Shown here: positions 27,811 through 32,000 of the stretch, piece by piece
Numbering within the stretch: the stretch's first letter is position 1
Layout of the letters: every line of letters starts with the position of its first letter
Made by a program: the position numbers and the translations under genes
Notes under the pieces: model-generated
Database searches by the model: none
What the model was told of the DNA's origin: nothing
Seen by the model: the letters and a program-made list of their open reading frames with translations, nothing else
From: Candidatus Saccharimonadota bacterium
GTDB lineage: Bacteria > Bacteroidota > Bacteroidia > Cytophagales > Amoebophilaceae
Reading direction: 5' to 3'
NCBI RefSeq assembly: GCF_964030745.1
Contig: NZ_OZ034918.1
Coordinates: 810,001 to 842,000, forward strand
Length of the DNA: 32,000 nucleotides

Positions 27811-28763
27811 GTAGAACGCTTTAATCCGATAGAGTCCTATTTTTTGTCTTTTGATGATAGTATCTTAGATCTAAGTAAAGATTACATATCTATTTTGGCC
27901 AGTTACGTTAATTTAAAAAATCCTACTTCTATTCATTCTAGCTATTGGTATACGCACCTTAAGAAGTGGATGATTAGGGCTATTCGTACTGTTTTTGAAC
28001 CTGAAGGAATTAATAAACATGCCTTGATTTTATGTTCTGTAAAAGAAAACATAGGTAAGAGTTATTTTTGTGAGTTTTTATGCCTCCTTCTCTTATAAGG
28101 TACTATAATAGCAATCCGATTCTTAGTAATGAGAAGGATGCTCAGAAGTCGTTGATCAGGAACTTCATTATAAACTTAGATGAGTTGCATCAACTTCGTT
28201 CTAATGCCCATGTGATCAAAACTTGGTTGTCACAGCGTTATGTTAACGTCCGTTTGCCTTACCAAGAAGATGAAATAACCGCTTCTCGTATAGCTTCTTT
28301 TTTAGGTAGTATCAATGATGTTGAGTTTTTACGATCAGATTTGGGTCATAGTAGATGGATTAGTTTTGAGGTAGATTCTATTGAATATTTAGATGATGAA
28401 GCAAAGTATATTTTAGAGAGAGCATGGGAGCAGGCTTATCATTTGTACAAATTAGATGCGAGTAGTGGTGAATTAAGTAAAGCGGAATTGCTAGAATTGG
28501 CAGATCGTTCTAATCAATTTACTACTAAGTCTACAGAGGCTGAGTTGATCGTACAGTATCTTTCCCCTGCTACTAAAGGAGAAGGAAAATTTATGACAGC
28601 TACGGATATACCTAGATATTTGCAGAATATTATTGGAACTGCTATCAGACTGAATACTAAATTAGTTGGAAGTGCGCTAAGAGAAATTGGGTTTGAACGG
28701 GTAGGAAAAAAGATCAATTCTAGAGTAGAATACGGTTACTGGACTGTGCGTCACATGAGTTAA
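27811..28763 (+). pseudogene. VirE/VapE-family (P-loop, primase-associated) gene, 5'-truncated and frameshifted
   Basis: ERFNPIESYF..., P-loop-like ENIGKSYFCEFL, then after a frame change near the T-run at about 28074-28080: KDAQKSLIRNFIINLDELHQL (Walker B-like), VRLPYQEDEITASRIASFLGSINDVEFLRSDLGHSRWISFEV. These match the VirE family order of motifs. No ATG start, and two ORF fragments (27844-28098, 28080-28763). Confidence 0.7.
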
Positions 28764-28821
28764 ATGTAGTTGTTGGTGTTATTGAAATTATAGGAATAGC
28801 ATTACCTTGTATATTAGTTTT

Positions 28822-28869
28822 TAGTTTAAACTAAACTAAATTAGTTTAAACCAAACTAGTTTGGTTTAA
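28822..28869. repeat. centromere-like iterated repeats upstream of parA (AGTTTAAAC[T/C]AAACTAGTTT units; 24-bp perfect palindrome at 28846-28869)
   Basis: TAGTTTAAACTAAACTAAATTAGTTTAAACCAAACTAGTTTGGTTTAA. TTAAACCAAACT/AGTTTGGTTTAA is a perfect palindrome. The same unit recurs downstream of the cassette. Confidence 0.65.
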
Positions 28870-28885
28870 TATTTTTTGTTAAAAT

Positions 28886-29545
28886 ATGGAAAGAGGGATC
28901 ATAGTGGCTTTTTTACAAGTAAAAGGGGGTTCTGGAAAGTCGACGTTGACTCAGAATCTGGCCGTTTCTTTCGTACATAGTAATCTAAAAGTTAAGATTA
29001 TAGCTTGCGATATACGTCAAAGAACTTGCTCTAAGTGGGTATCTAGACGTAATGAGTATCATTCAGATAAACCTAAGATATTTTCTTCTATTCAGGTAGA
29101 TGATTTAAAAAATTCAGTTATTGAAGATTCCAAAAATTATGATGTTGTAATAATCGATGTACAAGGTAGTGATAGTAAGAGTTTAAGAACAGCGCTATTG
29201 ATTTCTGATATTGTATATATCCCATTTACACCTTCTCAAAATGATGTTGAAGTCATAGAAGAGCTTTATGGATTATTAGAAGATACGCAGTTCCAAAATA
29301 ATAATCGAAAAACTTTTTACATACTAAATAATTGTTCAGTTCATTACTTGGATCAATCTATTAGTGATGCAGAACTCTTTTTTAAAGATTATACACATAT
29401 CTTAGTTCCTTCTCAGATTAGGGTTTACAATAGAAAAGTATATAAAGTAGCTTCATCTGAAGGTCTAGGGGTTATAGAAATGAATGACTTAAAGTCCAAA
29501 ATTGAAATGCTAAATCTAAAAAAAGAGGTAGAATCTTATGTCTAG
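28886..29545 (+). CDS. parA: ParA-family partition ATPase (small, type Ib-like)
   Basis: 219 aa with the deviant Walker A VKGGSGKSTLTQNLA and Walker A'/B-like VVIIDVQG. Size and organisation (small downstream partner, flanking repeats) are typical of plasmid type Ib par loci. Confidence 0.88.
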   Translation: MERGIIVAFLQVKGGSGKSTLTQNLAVSFVHSNLKVKIIACDIRQRTCSKWVSRRNEYHSDKPKIFSSIQVDDLKNSVIEDSKNYDVVIIDVQGSDSKSLRTALLISDIVYIPFTPSQNDVEVIEELYGLLEDTQFQNNNRKTFYILNNCSVHYLDQSISDAELFFKDYTHILVPSQIRVYNRKVYKVASSEGLGVIEMNDLKSKIEMLNLKKEVESYV

Positions 29546-29801
29546 TTTTAAAAAAAATAGAGTTATTCCTAGTATAACAGAAAAGGGTGATGATATAGTT
29601 AGACAGGCGGAGGATATAGTTCCTTCTTCCGTAAGTAATAAGTATGTCAAGGAGATTACGGTACCATTTACCAAAGAGATGTCAGATCTATTAGAAAAAT
29701 TATTTCTTTATTTTGACGAAAATGTATCTAGGAGGAAGCTTTGTTCGAAGTATCTTTTAAATTCTTTACGTTCAGAAGTAGAAAAGTTTAAACTAAACTA
29801 G
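29538..29801 (+). CDS. small partition partner, ribbon-helix-helix (ParG/CopG)-like
   Basis: 87 aa, with an 8-nt overlap with parA. The C-terminal ITVPFTKEMSDLLEKLFLYF...RRKLCSKYLLNSL fits a strand-helix-helix pattern. The 3' end overlaps the first downstream repeat unit. Confidence 0.5.
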   Translation: MSSFKKNRVIPSITEKGDDIVRQAEDIVPSSVSNKYVKEITVPFTKEMSDLLEKLFLYFDENVSRRKLCSKYLLNSLRSEVEKFKLN

Positions 29802-29850
29802 TTTAAGTTAAATTGAGTTAGTTTAAACTAAACTAGTTTAGTTTAGTTTA
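29785..29850. repeat. centromere-like repeats downstream of the par cassette
   Basis: AGTTTAAACTAAACTAGTTTA occurs at 29785-29805 and again at 29820-29840 (identical 21-mers, 35-bp spacing), followed by GTTTAGTTTA iterations. Same unit as at 28822-28862. Confidence 0.65.
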
Positions 29851-29907
29851 AATAAAATATAAATTAACCTGTGCGTTATTTCTAAATAATACTTAACTCT
29901 TCTCATC

Positions 29908-31677
29908 ATGAAAAAATTACCGATTGGAGTTAGTAACTTTCATAAGTTGGTATCTAACGATTATCTGTTTTGTGATAAAACAGCCATGATTGCTGATTTC
30001 CTAAAAAGTGGTGATGAGGTTACGCTAATAGCCCGTCCTCGTCGTTGGGGCAAGACGCTGAATATGTCTATGCTGCAACATTTTTTTTCTTCAGAGGTTA
30101 GTGGTGTAAGTACAAAAGGTCTATTTGATAATCTAGCGATTAGCAAGTTAGAAGGTGGTAGATACATTGATCAACATCAAGGTAAGTACCCAGTTATTAT
30201 GCTAAGTTTTAAGGATGTTAATGCGGATAGTTTTCAAGGGGCTTATAATGCGGTATATAGTTTGATCTTGAGAGTTTATAGTTCATATGCTTATTTGCTA
30301 AAAAGCGATAAAATCAATGAAATACAATTAGGTCAATTACATACTATCCTCAACAAGGAAGCCAATCAGCAAGAGTTGGAAGTTTCTTTAGAGTTACTCA
30401 GTCAATGCCTTTACCAACACCATGGCCAGAAGGTTTATATTCTAATAGATGAATATGATACGCCTCTTAATAAAGCTTACGGTAATTCAGATTACTTAGA
30501 CGCTATGGTTGCATTTATGCGCAATCTCTTTAGTGCTGCTTTAAAAGATAATGATTACTTGGAAAAAGGAGTCTTAACAGGCATATTGCGTGTTTCAAAG
30601 GATAGCATGCTATCTGGATTGAATAACCTGAAAACTTATACCATTTTAGATCAAGGTTATAGCAGCCATTTTGGTTTGAGCGAAGTAGAAGTTCAAGATT
30701 TGTTTAGCAAACAAGATCTTCCTATTTGTATGGATCAAGTAAAAAGTTGGTATAATGGTTATAGAGTAGGAGATTTAGTGATGTATAATCCTTGGTCTAT
30801 TATTTATTGTTTGAGTGAGGAAGGTCGATTTGATGTCTATTGGGTCAATACGGGTAATAATAACTTAATCGAACAAAAAATACTTGTTGCTCATTCGGAT
30901 ATCAAAGAACAATTCGAGCAGTTGATGCGAGGAGAATCCTTAGATATATCTATCAACAAACATCTTGCTTTTGATATCCTAGATAAAGATGATACATCTT
31001 TTTGGAGCCTTTTATTGTTTGCTGGCTATTTGACTTTTGAAACAAGCCAGTTAAGCGCTTATACGAATGTATATGATTGTAGGATAAAAGTTCCTAATTA
31101 TGAAATATGGCGACTCTATAGCACATTTTTTCAAGAATGGTTCATTCGTCAGTTTGAACGAAAGCGTCAATATGATTCTTTTTTGAAACATTTGGTAGTT
31201 GGTGATGTACCAACTTTTGTAGAACAGCTTAGCTATTTTTTACGCCGTAGTGTTAGTTATTTTGATACAAAACAAAGTAAAACATCCGAAGGTTTTTACC
31301 ATGGGTTTGTGTTAGGCATGCTAGCCAGTTTGGGTATAACCCACTATATACGCTCGAATCGAGAAAGTGGCTTAGGCCGTTATGATGTGCTATTAATTCC
31401 CAAAGAAGATACAAAGGCGATTTTATTGGAGTTTAAGCAGGTTCGCAAAGAGGAAGAATTAGAAAATTCAGGCAAGCTTGCATTACAACAAATCAAAGAC
31501 CAATCCTATCATACTGAACTATTACAACATCCTCATGTAAAGGAAGTAGTAGAAGTGGGTATTGCTTTTTCTGGAAAGTCTGTATTAGCTGCCTATGCTA
31601 CTTATGATTTAATTGTTAAAAAAGCTGGTTCAGTTAACTTAACGAGTAGATATAGCCAGGAGGAGTGGGAGGAATAG
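29908..31677 (+). CDS. AAA-ATPase-like domain protein with a C-terminal PD-(D/E)XK nuclease-like domain (PF09820 + PF08011/DUF1703 architecture)
   Basis: The N-terminus MKKLPIGVSNFHKLVSNDYLFCDKTAMIADFLKSGDEVTLIARPRRWGKTLNMSMLQHFF is the hallmark start of this Bacteroidetes-expanded family. Walker B-like YILIDEYD. C-terminal GRYDVLLIP...AILLEFKQV gives a D...E-x-K motif. Confidence 0.85.
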   Translation: MKKLPIGVSNFHKLVSNDYLFCDKTAMIADFLKSGDEVTLIARPRRWGKTLNMSMLQHFFSSEVSGVSTKGLFDNLAISKLEGGRYIDQHQGKYPVIMLSFKDVNADSFQGAYNAVYSLILRVYSSYAYLLKSDKINEIQLGQLHTILNKEANQQELEVSLELLSQCLYQHHGQKVYILIDEYDTPLNKAYGNSDYLDAMVAFMRNLFSAALKDNDYLEKGVLTGILRVSKDSMLSGLNNLKTYTILDQGYSSHFGLSEVEVQDLFSKQDLPICMDQVKSWYNGYRVGDLVMYNPWSIIYCLSEEGRFDVYWVNTGNNNLIEQKILVAHSDIKEQFEQLMRGESLDISINKHLAFDILDKDDTSFWSLLLFAGYLTFETSQLSAYTNVYDCRIKVPNYEIWRLYSTFFQEWFIRQFERKRQYDSFLKHLVVGDVPTFVEQLSYFLRRSVSYFDTKQSKTSEGFYHGFVLGMLASLGITHYIRSNRESGLGRYDVLLIPKEDTKAILLEFKQVRKEEELENSGKLALQQIKDQSYHTELLQHPHVKEVVEVGIAFSGKSVLAAYATYDLIVKKAGSVNLTSRYSQEEWEE

Positions 31678-32000
31678 GGTGACTACTAGATGACCTATGA
31701 TGCGTGATTTTTTGGGAAATTATGTACAATTTTTAGATTGTATTGAAACTATTCTTTCAAGTGAATAGAAATGTTAGATTTTGGACGCAAATGGGCTAGG
31801 ACAGAGGAGATATTTTGGTAAAATTCTAGTGGGCTATTTGCTTTTTTCGAAATATTTTTTGAAAATTGCAACGTATTTTTATACGTTATACAGCTGCTCG
31901 TATTTTCATCTTTTTATTCAAAAATACTACTTCTTGAAAAAGTATTTTGTTTTTTTGCTTCTTATCGCATCCTGTAATGGATTAATCCAACCTAATAATA

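Noticed and set aside
28815-29855. Iterated AGTTTAAAC-type repeats considered as a possible CRISPR array
   Set aside because: The units are contiguous or overlapping palindromic half-sites without unique spacers. They are split into two short clusters flanking a parA operon, which fits centromere/operator iterons, not CRISPR.
20518-30167. Short overlapping ORFs in the accessory half (20518-20730, 21394-21585, 22917-23108, 23666-23851, 24015-24227, 24839-25111, 28514-28717, 29961-30167)
   Set aside because: These are antisense or alternative-frame shadows of the GNAT-fusion, ABC, peptide/CPBP, VirE and AAA-ATPase genes, with no independent support. 24015-24227 is antisense to peptide ORF 1, and its frame is not conserved in the second repeat copy.

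Overview
AT-rich chromosomal segment from a Bacteroidota organism. The 16S rRNA has the Bacteroidetes-type 3' region, TAnnTTTG promoter motifs are present, and no Shine-Dalgarno sequences are visible. The divergent 16S, the solitary rRNA gene and the IS and plasmid debris suggest a host-associated, reduced-genome lineage, possibly Amoebophilaceae-like; that placement is inference only. The left two thirds is housekeeping: an ABC exporter fragment, an AddA/UvrD-like helicase, rsmG, hslV, PDH E2, tilS, an SSF transporter, tsaE, a membrane-anchored MutS paralog, topA and a solitary 16S rRNA gene. An orphan gene for a repeat-containing protein interrupts this stretch. The most interesting region is 19.9-26.2 kb. 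It holds a tightly packed same-strand operon: a stand-alone Lon-like protease domain, a GNAT fusion protein, a small possibly PqqD-like ORF and an ABC exporter. Two tandem modules follow, each pairing a 63-66 aa peptide ORF with a CPBP/CAAX-type intramembrane protease. The two peptides share a near-identical N-terminus and a C-terminal YKF but have a scrambled middle. I read this as a candidate uncharacterised peptide maturation and export (RiPP/bacteriocin/signal-like) locus. An IS5-superfamily element truncates the array. Beyond it lies plasmid- or phage-derived debris: a frameshifted VirE/VapE gene, a parA/RHH partition cassette flanked by iterated AGTTTAAAC-type repeats, and an AAA-ATPase/PD-(D/E)XK gene. 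All functional calls come from motif recognition by eye; no database search was possible.
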